The notes beneath the pieces were generated by a model. The model did not search any database. It was not told where the DNA came from and saw only the letters and a program-made list of their open reading frames with translations. Position numbers and translations under genes: made by a program. A stretch of 63,375 nt of DNA from an uncultured Pseudomonadales bacterium. GTDB taxonomy: Bacteria; Patescibacteriota; Microgenomatia; UBA1400; PJMF01. The stretch covers positions 1 through 63,375 of the forward strand of contig CAZSJW010000008.1 in assembly GCA_964607285.1 (NCBI GenBank). Reading direction: 5' to 3'. Shown here piece after piece: positions 45,334 through 54,550 of the stretch (positions are counted from its first letter, which is position 1; each line of letters starts with the position of its first letter).

Positions 45334-45824
45334 GCGACACAACCCTAAAAGTCCTAATCGAAATCCCCGAAGGATCTCGAGTAAAGTACGAACTCGACGA
45401 AGAAACCGGCGAGATGTGTGTTGACCGCCTCATGCCAACAGCCATGAGCTACCCCGTCAACTACGGCCTCATCCACGACACCCACGGCGAAGACGGCGAT
45501 GCGCTCGATGCATTGGTGTTCATGTCCGAGCAAGTCGTCCCAAACGTAGTCGTCAAGTGCAAAGTCATCGGCCTCCTCGAGATGGAAGACGAAGAGGGCA
45601 TAGACCACAAGATCGTCTGCGTCCCTGCCAAAACCAAGATAGATCCAATCTGCGGTGCCTGGAGCAGCCTGGATGATGTCCCAGAAATCCGTAAAAAATC
45701 TATCCGTCACTTTTTCGAGCATTACAAAGACTTAGAAGAAGGCAAGTGGGTCAAGCTCAAAGAGTGGAAGGGCATTGACGCTGCTATGGAAGTAATTGCG
45801 GCGGCACAGAAACGCGCAAAGTAA
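45330..45824 (+). CDS. ppa: inorganic pyrophosphatase (family I)
   Basis: 164-aa ORF. IEIPEGSRVKYE...YPVNYGLI...GEDGDALDALV is the family I PPase signature region. Confidence 0.9.
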   Translation: MSDTTLKVLIEIPEGSRVKYELDEETGEMCVDRLMPTAMSYPVNYGLIHDTHGEDGDALDALVFMSEQVVPNVVVKCKVIGLLEMEDEEGIDHKIVCVPAKTKIDPICGAWSSLDDVPEIRKKSIRHFFEHYKDLEEGKWVKLKEWKGIDAAMEVIAAAQKRAK

Positions 45825-45850
45825 AAAGTACAAATTATTAGGAGAAATTT

Positions 45851-46174
45851 ATGCAAGATGAACAATTGCGAGAATATCAAAAGCATCTATCGGTTGAACG
45901 AGGAAATCAAAAAAGAATCAGTGCTGAATTGACACCAGATCAACGTGCCCATCATCTTATAAGTCTATTACTATTAAAGGGGACGGGCGAAAGATATAAA
46001 TATCTTGGTAGTATTGGCATGGAAATTGTTACGGGTCTTCTTGGATCGAATGCAACTCCAACTGAACGAGCAAAGTTTTATCTAATTCTTCGCGCTTATG
46101 TTGAAGAGGACTTAACTGCTGAAAGACTAATTAAAGAGGTACTCAGTTCATTTTTAGATTCCAAAATACGATAG
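45851..46174 (+). CDS. hypothetical small protein
   Basis: 107-aa AT-rich ORF between ppa and gyrA. No motif recognised. Confidence 0.3.
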   Translation: MQDEQLREYQKHLSVERGNQKRISAELTPDQRAHHLISLLLLKGTGERYKYLGSIGMEIVTGLLGSNATPTERAKFYLILRAYVEEDLTAERLIKEVLSSFLDSKIR

Positions 46175-46208
46175 TGAGCAACTCTAAATTATCATCTAAA
46201 CAAAATTA

Positions 46209-48977
46209 ATGACCGACAACGACACCACACCACCAGAAGAACTCGAGCCAGAAACCGAGCCAACCCCCGAGCAAGCAGTCGCAGCCCCAACCGAACGCTC
46301 CACCGCCATGTCCGAAGCCGCTGCCCTTATCGGCACGGTCCAGGAATCCGCCTACGGCAAAATCCGCTACCAGAGCATTCGGGTAGAAATGGAAAAAAGC
46401 TATCTTGATTACGCCATGAGCGTTATCGTTTCTCGTGCGTTGCCTGACGTTCGTGACGGTCTCAAGCCAGTGCATCGCCGCATTTTGTACTCGATGTACA
46501 AAAGTGGTATTCACCACTCAAGCAGTTACAAAAAGTCCGCTCGTATTGTTGGAGACGTGCTCGGTAAGTATCACCCACACGGTGACTCTTCCGTATACAT
46601 GGCGTTGGTTCGATTGGCACAAGATTTTGCCATGCGATACATGCTGGTAGATGGCCAGGGTAACTTTGGTTCGGTCGACGGTGATAGTCCTGCAGCTATG
46701 CGGTACACCGAGGCTAGACTAGCAAAAATTACCCGCGAACTTCTAGTAGATCTCGACAAAGAAACAGTGCCGTTCATCAATAATTTCGATGGATCTCTCC
46801 AAGAACCAACAGTCTTGCCAGCAAAGTTACCAAACTTACTCCTCATGGGAGCAGAAGGTATTGCGGTCGGTATGGCTACTAAAATCCCAACCCATAACTT
46901 AACCGAAGTCTGTAACGCCCTGATTGCAACAATAGAGCAGGGGAGTGCTACAAGACCAGTGGGAGTTGAGCTCAACTTACCCAAGCGCACTGACACCAAA
47001 ACCATCGATCAGAAAGGCATCGAAGAACTCAACGCAACCATAGACATGCTCCTTACCACTGACCAAAAAACCTTGGCAGGTGAGTTCCAGTCACCAATTA
47101 CCATTGACGAAATCATGACCCACATCCAGGGTCCCGACTTCCCAACCGGTGGCATCATCTACGACTACAAACAAATTGTCGAAAGCTATCGCACCGGACG
47201 AGGCAGAGTGGTCATCCGAGCCAAAACGGACATCGTGGAAACCAAAAAAGGTGGCTTCCAGATCCTCGTCACCGAACTGCCATACCAGGTCAACAAAGCA
47301 CGCCTCCTCATGAAGATAGCAGATCTGGTACGAGATAAAAAAATCGTCGGCATCCGTGACCTCAATGACGACTCAGACCGTAAAGGAATGCAGATCACGA
47401 TCGAACTCAAGCGTGATGCCAAGCCAAAAGTCGTCCTCAACAAACTCTACAAATACACAGAACTGCAAACCAGCTTCTCCATGAACATGGTCGCCCTCAC
47501 CAGCGAAGGCACGCCACAACTCATGCACATCAAGCAAATCTTGATGGAGTGGCTCGGACATCGCCAAATCATGGTGGTGCGCCGAAGTCAGTATGAACTT
47601 TCCGAAGCCCGGCAACGTGCCCACATCCTGGAAGGACTGCTCATCGCACTTGCCAATTTAGACGAAGTCATCGCCACCATCCGCAAGTCTCCAGACTCGG
47701 ACACCGCACGCGCAGCTTTGATGAGTAAGTTCAAGCTGTCTGAAGTTCAGTCAACCGCTATCCTGGAAATGCAGCTCAAACGCCTAGCTGCCCTCGAGCG
47801 CCTCAAGATCGAAGAAGAGTACAAAACCGTTCGAGACACCATGGAGCACTTGATCATTCTCCTCAGCACGCCAAAGGCTGTACTCGAGGTAATTGAGTCC
47901 GAAGTCAAACAGCTCATCACCGACTACGGCGACAACCGCCGCACTAAGCTCATTAAAGGCAAAATCGGCGAGTTCAGCGAAGAAGACCTCATTCCTAACG
48001 AAGAAGCAGTCATCACCCTCACAGAAACCGGCTACATCAAGCGCCTACACCCAGACGCATTCCGTTCGCAGAGCAGGGGAGGCAAAGGCAGCGTCGGCGT
48101 CAAGATGAAGGAAGAGGACATGGTTAAATCCCTTCTCACCGTCCAAACACACGATACGCTCCTGGTCTTCACCAACTTGGGCAAAGTCTTCAAACTCAAA
48201 GCCTTCGAAATTCCCGAAAGTTCTAGACAGGCCAAGGGCACAGCCATGGTCAACCTGATCAACTTGTCACAAGACGAAACTGTACAAGCTATCCTAGTCG
48301 TTGACGAGAAAACCGATAGCGACAAATTCATCGTCTTGGTAACTCACAAGGGACTTATCAAGAAAACAGCAGTCAAACTCTTCGAGAACATCCGCCAAAA
48401 CGGCATCATCGCCATGACCCTTAATGACGGCGATCAATTGGTGGGCAGCAAACTGACCTCAGGTAGTGACGACATCATGATCATCACGCACTTGGGCAAG
48501 TCAATTCGCTTCACCGAAAAAGAAGTCAAGTCTTCCAACCGAGACACTAAAGGCGTCAAGGGAATAACCCTCGGCAAAGCCGACTTCGTGGTTGGTTTCG
48601 AGGCACTCACCCCAGAAGATTTGGGCGAAGGTGCAGTCGAACACCGCCAACTCCTAGTGGTCACCGAAAAAGGCTTGGGTAAACGAACTGCGCTCGATCA
48701 ATACCCTGTTCAGAAACGCTCAGGCATGGGAGTCAAGGTTTCGGATATCACCAAGCGAACTGGTCCAGTGGCAGTTGCACTCAAAGTCATTACTGCGGAG
48801 CATAAAGAAATCGTGATTACTTCCAAAGAAGGCCAAACTATCAAGTTGCCGCTCAACAAGCAATCTATTCCTGTGCTCACCAGACCTACCCAAGGGGTGA
48901 TTCTGATGCGCCTCAAGTCCTCGGATAACGTTGTGGCTGTGGCATTGACGTTTAAGAAGGTTGAAGGGGAGGAGTAG
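46209..48977 (+). CDS. gyrA: DNA gyrase subunit A
   Basis: 922-aa [30 protein letters not shown], the [12 protein letters not shown] region and the active-site AMRYTE are present. The C-terminus has beta-pinwheel repeats. Confidence 0.95.
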   Translation: MTDNDTTPPEELEPETEPTPEQAVAAPTERSTAMSEAAALIGTVQESAYGKIRYQSIRVEMEKSYLDYAMSVIVSRALPDVRDGLKPVHRRILYSMYKSGIHHSSSYKKSARIVGDVLGKYHPHGDSSVYMALVRLAQDFAMRYMLVDGQGNFGSVDGDSPAAMRYTEARLAKITRELLVDLDKETVPFINNFDGSLQEPTVLPAKLPNLLLMGAEGIAVGMATKIPTHNLTEVCNALIATIEQGSATRPVGVELNLPKRTDTKTIDQKGIEELNATIDMLLTTDQKTLAGEFQSPITIDEIMTHIQGPDFPTGGIIYDYKQIVESYRTGRGRVVIRAKTDIVETKKGGFQILVTELPYQVNKARLLMKIADLVRDKKIVGIRDLNDDSDRKGMQITIELKRDAKPKVVLNKLYKYTELQTSFSMNMVALTSEGTPQLMHIKQILMEWLGHRQIMVVRRSQYELSEARQRAHILEGLLIALANLDEVIATIRKSPDSDTARAALMSKFKLSEVQSTAILEMQLKRLAALERLKIEEEYKTVRDTMEHLIILLSTPKAVLEVIESEVKQLITDYGDNRRTKLIKGKIGEFSEEDLIPNEEAVITLTETGYIKRLHPDAFRSQSRGGKGSVGVKMKEEDMVKSLLTVQTHDTLLVFTNLGKVFKLKAFEIPESSRQAKGTAMVNLINLSQDETVQAILVVDEKTDSDKFIVLVTHKGLIKKTAVKLFENIRQNGIIAMTLNDGDQLVGSKLTSGSDDIMIITHLGKSIRFTEKEVKSSNRDTKGVKGITLGKADFVVGFEALTPEDLGEGAVEHRQLLVVTEKGLGKRTALDQYPVQKRSGMGVKVSDITKRTGPVAVALKVITAEHKEIVITSKEGQTIKLPLNKQSIPVLTRPTQGVILMRLKSSDNVVAVALTFKKVEGEE

Positions 48978-49008
48978 ATCCGAACAATGAGTGTTATAGT
49001 TTATATGT

Positions 49009-49899
49009 ATGAATGAGACAAAGGGCGTGCCACAGAGAGTAAATCGAAGAGGTTTTCTTAAGTGGGCTGCGGCGTGGGGATTTGGCACAGCAGTTACTGC
49101 AGCTTGCGCACCATTTTTACCCGAGTACAAACCAGATCCGAATGCCGCCACGATTCCACCCGAACAAGATGTAGATATCAACGCGACACAAGTTGCTGCT
49201 ACAACAACAGCCCAATCTCCCGAACAGTATCAAGTGGAGATTGAAAAAATCCCTCGTCTTCTGTTCGACACTGCAGGAATGGTAAGGTGTCTTAATGCGA
49301 GTGGTTCTGCAACTGCTCTGGAGTATTCAAACGGCATTTTGTACTTGCTGACTGCCGGTCATGTTGTCCAAGGCATGGAGGTGTCAGGCCTCGGTTCTCA
49401 ATACGGATTCTCATTTTCCAGACCTCATGATTCCTTTGATGTGCAGTGGGGCCAATTTCAGGTTGGGTATGCAAGTACTCCACCCGAACAAACGAGCTTG
49501 CATGAATTTGGCATACTTGCAGTTCGCATATCTGATTGGCCACATCGCGTTTTTTCAATGGAAAATTTGGTAAATTCTTGGACACCAGGAACGGTAGAAC
49601 AACAGCTACACACTCTGTCTTTTCCGGACGCAGCTGCTAGTCAAACCAGTTTTCCCACAAGCTTTACAGCTTTTCCAGTGACATTTGAGAATAATAACCA
49701 AAGCATACCACTACTTGGTACAGCTCAAAATTTCTCAGGAGGAGCAAGTGGCAGCCTTGCTGTCACGAGTGATGGTAAAGGAGTCGCGATCATGGTCTCA
49801 GGTAGCGCTAGTGGAAACGCTTCATATTTTGCTCCATTGCACAAACCTACTATCACTATGCTGATGCAAGCAGCGAAAGATTTGATTCCTACACCATAA
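49009..49899 (+). CDS. exported trypsin-like serine protease with Tat-like signal
   Basis: 296-aa ORF with a twin-arginine-like N-terminus (VNRRGFLKWAAAWGFGTAVTAACA). His context is LLTAGHVV and Ser context is GGASGSL. Confidence 0.55.
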   Translation: MNETKGVPQRVNRRGFLKWAAAWGFGTAVTAACAPFLPEYKPDPNAATIPPEQDVDINATQVAATTTAQSPEQYQVEIEKIPRLLFDTAGMVRCLNASGSATALEYSNGILYLLTAGHVVQGMEVSGLGSQYGFSFSRPHDSFDVQWGQFQVGYASTPPEQTSLHEFGILAVRISDWPHRVFSMENLVNSWTPGTVEQQLHTLSFPDAAASQTSFPTSFTAFPVTFENNNQSIPLLGTAQNFSGGASGSLAVTSDGKGVAIMVSGSASGNASYFAPLHKPTITMLMQAAKDLIPTP

Positions 49900-50071
49900 A
49901 TTGATGTGGACCGACAAGTAGCCGCTCAACAAGCAATCCGTACCAGTTAGCGTAGCGGATGGGTATGCTACAATAAAAAAACTAGAACAAGCAGTTACTC
50001 CAACAGCTCAACTCGATGCAACCCACCTTTCTCCGGAGGAGAAATTAAAACAAGGATATATTCGAACTGAG

Positions 50072-50539
50072 ATGGGAACTCTCCGTTCTCCAGAGGAACA
50101 ACAGATCGTCGACTTACTTAAAGTCAACGAAACATTGAGACGCAGAATAACTGAGCTCAGTGGTAATATACAGTGGTTATTACCCGATGATATTGGTAGC
50201 AAAATCTGGAATACTGAATATGTCGCCCGCATAACCGCATACTTGGTAACTTTTTATGGAGAGCCCGATAGCCCTCAAACACTTGCAGAATCTCTGGGAC
50301 TAGAGCTGCCTGTCCAAGAGGGCACAAGTGATGAATTGAAAGCTAAATATGCTATCGAGCTGATAACTGAGGCACGCACGCATGGAAAAAGTGATGACCT
50401 TTTTCTCCTTGTCATGGACAAATTTCGCCCACTACTTTCAGGTGATGCCTCTCCCATACCCACTTTTCACCCTAAGGTTTTAGGGTCAAGTGGTTATTTG
50501 AGAGAGCTGAATTTTCAAAAGGGTTATAAACAACAATAA
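50072..50539 (+). CDS. hypothetical protein carrying one copy of a ~70-aa helical module shared with 50687-52223
   Basis: 155-aa ORF. The module is ITAYLVTFYGEPDSPQTLAESLGLELPVQEGTSDELKAKYAIELITEARTHGKSDDLFLLVMDKFRP. Confidence 0.4.
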   Translation: MGTLRSPEEQQIVDLLKVNETLRRRITELSGNIQWLLPDDIGSKIWNTEYVARITAYLVTFYGEPDSPQTLAESLGLELPVQEGTSDELKAKYAIELITEARTHGKSDDLFLLVMDKFRPLLSGDASPIPTFHPKVLGSSGYLRELNFQKGYKQQ

Positions 50540-50543
50540 TTTG

Positions 50544-50617
50544 TGGACCGAAGGGGGCTCGAACCCCTGACCTCCTGCATGCCATGCAGGCGCTCTAGCC
50601 AACTGAGCTACCGGCCC
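50544..50617 (-). tRNA. tRNA-Ala (anticodon GGC)
   Basis: The reverse complement folds by hand into a 74-nt cloverleaf: GGGCCGG-TA-GCTC-AGTTGGCTA-GAGC-G-CCTGC-ATGGCAT-GCAGG-AGGTC-AGGGG-TTCGAGC-CCCCT-TCGGTCC-A. It carries the G3:U70 alanine identity pair. CCA is not encoded. Confidence 0.9.
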
Positions 50618-50686
50618 TTGTTTCAGGGACAAACTCGTATTATACGCTAGACTTATACTACGGCCAAGTATGGTACGATTATTCTC

Positions 50687-52223
50687 ATGGAACACATACT
50701 GACTAATCCACCTGAAGATATTTCTGACTTGCTTGCAATAGTAGATACAACTCACTACAAACGATACGAATCACTTTCAGCTCAGGAACAATTACTTGTA
50801 CGAGTTATTCATCAAACATTTGATCGGCATGAGCTCATCCAGTTGAACTTCGAGATGAGATTCCCCCACACGCTAAACCCTGCAAATCAAATGCATGTCG
50901 AAAATACCATTGATACTGTTATGTATGCAAGCAAGCATGCATGGTGTGCTCAGTTACCTTATTCGCTACTTGATTGTAAAAAGACCACACAAGTTTGACG
51001 TTCCCCCAGCTAATCTAGTTAGGCTGACCAGAGAACATGAGGAGTCTAGAACTGACCTGCGTTTTCAACTGTTTGACACCCTTTATTTTCAATTCACTGC
51101 AGCAGAGTTAGATGCTTTTTTAAGTACTTATCTTAAACTGCCTAAGGATGAACTTTCTTCCCTACCAACTGACAAGCGCGATAAAATCATAGCGGTTATT
51201 ACACTGTTCTCTCTAGAAAACAGATTGCCAAAAATCAAACTTGCTCTTATTGAGTTAAAAGTACACCAGCAAAATGCCTATGAGGAGCATGCAGAAAAAA
51301 TACAAAAACTTGAAGCTCTAGCCAACCGTGTCATCGAAACGTTTTCTAAAGATGCCCAACGTGAACCAAGCACTGAAAAGTTTGCAAATCTTTGCCAAGA
51401 TCTTGGAGTAAACATCGGTGAAGTAACAGGATCAAACACACTGGCCAAGTTAATACAGCTGATGACTAAATTTCCAAACACAATTCCACAAGTCCAGTTA
51501 TTTGTTGAAGATCCGTCTAGCTTTGAAGAGAAAGTTTCTGGCCTGGGCGTAGCGCGTAGGTTACTCAGAGAAAAACTGAAAACTCTAGCTGACACACGAG
51601 TTTTTACTTATTTACACAATTTTGGCATAAAGGAGTTTGCAGCCCTAGAGTTTGTGTCATTAGACTTACCTCTTTCAAGTATTCACAGAGAGATAGTCGC
51701 GTACTGCTTTAGGCATAACCTACTTGCCGAGCTTATTGCAAAAATCAACAACCCTGCGATCGATAATCCAGAAGACATAGAGCATTCACAATCCGCACTC
51801 TACCTGAAGCTTTCAGAGAAATTGAACGAAGGTGATTTTGAAGCAAATCTGCAAGATCTCTGCCAAGATCTATCTATCATATACGAGGACCTACTTGGTA
51901 ATGACCCATCAGTTAGACTCACTGAGGTTATCAGAAAAACCAGCCAAGATCTGCTCCTAGTATTTTTGCGTAACCCTGCACGGTTCGAGCAGATCGCATC
52001 TTACAATGGCCAAGTCCGCAGAAAACTTACCAAAGTATTTCCTACTAACACAGAGCTACAACCTTTTCTACAATCACTTACCGTTGCAGGGCAACCAATT
52101 AATTTAAAGCACATTGGTACCTCATACCGAGATCATATCAGAGAGGTAATTGGCTACTGCGACCGAAGAGGTGCTCTGGGCTACTTTGTAAAACAAGTAT
52201 CTGAATATCAACGAAGTCACTAA
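50687..52223 (+). pseudogene. multi-repeat helical-module protein, apparently interrupted by a +1 frameshift near 50927-50944 (track ORFs 50687-50998 and 50895-52223)
   Basis: One repeat module begins in the frame of 50687-50998 (FDRHELIQLNFEMRF..VENTIDTVMYASKH) and finishes in the frame of 50895-52223 (GVLSYLIRYLIVKRP). The switch falls at a gcaagcaagcatgcatgg repeat. Five further modules follow. Confidence 0.45.
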
Positions 52224-52224
52224 T

Positions 52225-53169
52225 CTACAATTTGCTATGCCGCTCCGCATGAATTTTTCGCAACTGTGGCCGAGTCACATGTGTATAAATCTGAGTAGTA
52301 GCCACACTTTTGTGTCCTAGCATCTCTTGCACATCACGCAAACCCGCGCCGTTTGCCAGTAAATCAGTTGCAAAACTATGCCGCAAGCCATGGGGGCTTA
52401 TCTGTATCGGTAAATGGGCTTTCTTGCAATAAGCTGCAACGGTTCGCTGCACGCTCCGCGAGGTAAGCCGCATTTCCTCACCGTCACTAGTAATTGGGGC
52501 CTCATCACGTGATAATCGAATAAAGACAGGTCTCCACCGATCCTTACGGCTGTTCAACCATCTCTCAAGCCATAAAACTGCACGGTCACTTAAAAACACG
52601 ACCCTAGGGCGGCGTCCCTTACCAATCACTCCAAATTCTCTGGTATCGAAATTAATTTGATCTCTATTTAATCCCACCAACTCAGAAACACGCAAACCAG
52701 TGGAGAACAGCACTTCCAGCATTGCCTTATCCCGTAACCCTGTTTTAGATGATAACAGAGGCTGGCCAAGTAAAATCTCAACTTTATCTACGGGTAAAAA
52801 CTCCATATGCCGAGACTCGGCTTTAGGCAAATCTATCTTCTCAGGGTGTAACACAGCAACGTCATTTTTAACTAAAAATTTGAGGTACGAACGCAAAGCA
52901 ATTATGTAGTATGACTGCGTCTTTTTTGAGAGCGTTCTACCAAGATCATCACTGACTCGTGAGAGGTACACACGGTACTTTCGCACAGCATCTTGATCAA
53001 GCTCAGAGAGCTTTGTGTGGCCTTGTTTCTCGAACCAATCACAGAAGCGATGTAGGTAGTGAGAGTAGTTACGTATGGTAAGTTTAGAAACATTTCGTTC
53101 AACTTCTAAATGTTCCAAAAATGTTATTAAAGCGGGGCGGGGGAGAGTAAGTGAAGTTGGAGCAGTCAT
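52225..53169 (-). CDS. tyrosine recombinase XerC/XerD family
   Basis: 314-aa ORF with an N-terminal SAM-like core-binding domain and the catalytic residues in GLRVSEL (Arg), HGLRHSFAT (His-x-x-Arg) and LGHKSVATTQIYTH (His...Tyr). Confidence 0.85.
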   Translation of the reverse strand: MTAPTSLTLPRPALITFLEHLEVERNVSKLTIRNYSHYLHRFCDWFEKQGHTKLSELDQDAVRKYRVYLSRVSDDLGRTLSKKTQSYYIIALRSYLKFLVKNDVAVLHPEKIDLPKAESRHMEFLPVDKVEILLGQPLLSSKTGLRDKAMLEVLFSTGLRVSELVGLNRDQINFDTREFGVIGKGRRPRVVFLSDRAVLWLERWLNSRKDRWRPVFIRLSRDEAPITSDGEEMRLTSRSVQRTVAAYCKKAHLPIQISPHGLRHSFATDLLANGAGLRDVQEMLGHKSVATTQIYTHVTRPQLRKIHAERHSKL

Positions 53170-53357
53170 TAGAGAGTTATGGGATTTTAGCAGTCTATAA
53201 TTTTCTCTGCTAATATTTAGATAAGATATTTTTCAGCTATACATCAATATATTTTTACATACTTTGATTTAGATATATGTACTTTGATATGTTTAGCTCT
53301 ACTCTACAACTTTACAAAAGACACTACCTGACATGCGTTGCCTAGACAACTAAATCA

Positions 53358-53369
53358 ATTGTGCGACAT
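53358..53369. repeat. 12-nt direct repeat copy 1 (ATTGTGCGACAT)
   Basis: Exact match to 53857-53868. Its core is also present inverted at 53841-53848. Confidence 0.7.
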
Positions 53370-53560
53370 GTTCATGTAATTGTCAAATTATCAGGCGAAA
53401 GCTTGACTAGCTACTGGCCGCAGCATTCAGCATTTTCACTTTTTTGTAAAATCTACAGCTGCATACATACGTTCTTTACTTTGACACATTCACAAAGACT
53501 CAAATGTCGGTAATCGCACACAAACTTCTATGAATGTAGCATTCAAACAACGTCTCAAAA

Positions 53561-53573
53561 CACCAGGCTAAAT
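53561..53573. repeat. 13-nt direct repeat copy 1 (CACCAGGCTAAAT)
   Basis: Exact match to 54198-54210, located within the ORF-free region. Confidence 0.7.
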
Positions 53574-53856
53574 CGAGCCTCTGAGTGCCCCAAATTCGGC
53601 TGCAAATTACTAAGATGACTACTACATCATTACAAAAAATGAGGTAGTGAGGACTATCGATGAAATGATGCATGTAATAACTTAAAACTCACAAATGATA
53701 TAGAGCTGGCGAGGTGGGGAAAGAACTCGTTCAAACATGACAAATTAGAGATACCTGAGCGGCATACAGAAAGATATCACAAAAAATAAGGTACAAGCAA
53801 AACCTACAATTTACAATAGTGCGGCTGCAATCTCGATTGCATGTCGCAAAAGTAAT

Positions 53857-53868
53857 ATTGTGCGACAT
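53857..53868. repeat. 12-nt direct repeat copy 2 (ATTGTGCGACAT), also the right arm of an 8-bp inverted repeat
   Basis: Exact match to 53358-53369. ATGTCGCA (53841-53848) and TGCGACAT (53861-53868) form an inverted repeat with a 12-nt spacer. Confidence 0.7.
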
Positions 53869-54197
53869 AATACAAACTGACACCAACCACTCACCCGTCG
53901 GAGTAGAGCAAAAAAAAATAAGTCCGAGAGTATTTTTTTTAAAGCACGCTACGCTCTGTACCAATCACCAAGTTACTTCACCTCGACCACTCTTGTTGCC
54001 ACACCCTATGCAACTTGTTTTGACCTCTCTCGCAGAGAGTCATTTTTAAAGACATTTGCTCAATAAACGTCTTCGGGTATTTTCTGCCTGCACTCTGCAC
54101 CAGAGGTGATCACCAGATACATAGGCAGTTCTACTCGAGTAGTTTAAATAACTTTATTCTTGCAACATACCTGCTAAACTCTCTATTACACAGGTTT

Positions 54198-54210
54198 CAC
54201 CAGGCTAAAT
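54198..54210. repeat. 13-nt direct repeat copy 2 (CACCAGGCTAAAT)
   Basis: Exact match to 53561-53573. Confidence 0.7.
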
Positions 54211-54240
54211 TATTAAATTTAAGTCCTATAACTTTCATAG

Positions 54241-54249
54241 TTATCCACA
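54241..54249 (+). promoter_or_regulatory. perfect consensus DnaA box (TTATCCACA), isolated
   Basis: Read directly at 54241-54249 in the AT-rich ORF-free region. I found only this single perfect copy, and no dnaA or dnaN nearby. Confidence 0.25.
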
Positions 54250-54550
54250 CTTACCTATATGCATCAAACAATATCATCTCCTCTTTTCTATGCCTGGGTG
54301 TCTCAAATTTTTTTTCACCCTCTACTCTGAAAAAATTTTTATACTCCTCTGCTTTTTCGCTTTAGAAATTTTTTTTCCGTTTGAATATTTGATTACTTCA
54401 TCTCTCGTTTTAGCTTTTTTGTAACATGGTGCGTTTTTTCATTCTATTGTGATCAATATATGCATACACTACTGATCATACTCAAAAACTACCCACACTA
54501 CCCCATTCTCCCCTGGTTGAAGATATAAATTAGCATGATTTATCAATCTT

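Noticed and set aside
50544-53169. tRNA-Ala plus tyrosine recombinase as the borders of an integrated element
   Set aside because: The tRNA is on the minus strand, so its 3' end (the usual att site) faces away from the recombinase. The recombinase has a full XerC/D-like architecture rather than a phage-integrase look. I did not spot a duplicate of the tRNA 3' end elsewhere in the window.
53355-53390. dif-like Xer recombination site around TTGTGCGACATGTTCATGTAATTGTCAAAT (also 53857-53880)
   Set aside because: There is only a loose resemblance to the E. coli dif left arm (GGTGCGCATAA), with an inserted base and no convincing right arm or 6-nt central spacing. It is too weak to call. It is kept only as a repeated motif.
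53170-54550. Possibility that the ORF-free region is a CRISPR array, tmRNA or RNase P RNA
   Set aside because: There are no regularly spaced direct repeats of 24-40 nt. I could not find the RNase P P4 motif (GAGGAAAGTCC-like) or a tRNA-like acceptor/T-arm ending in CCA, as tmRNA would require. Other RNA classes remain possible and are covered in the findings.
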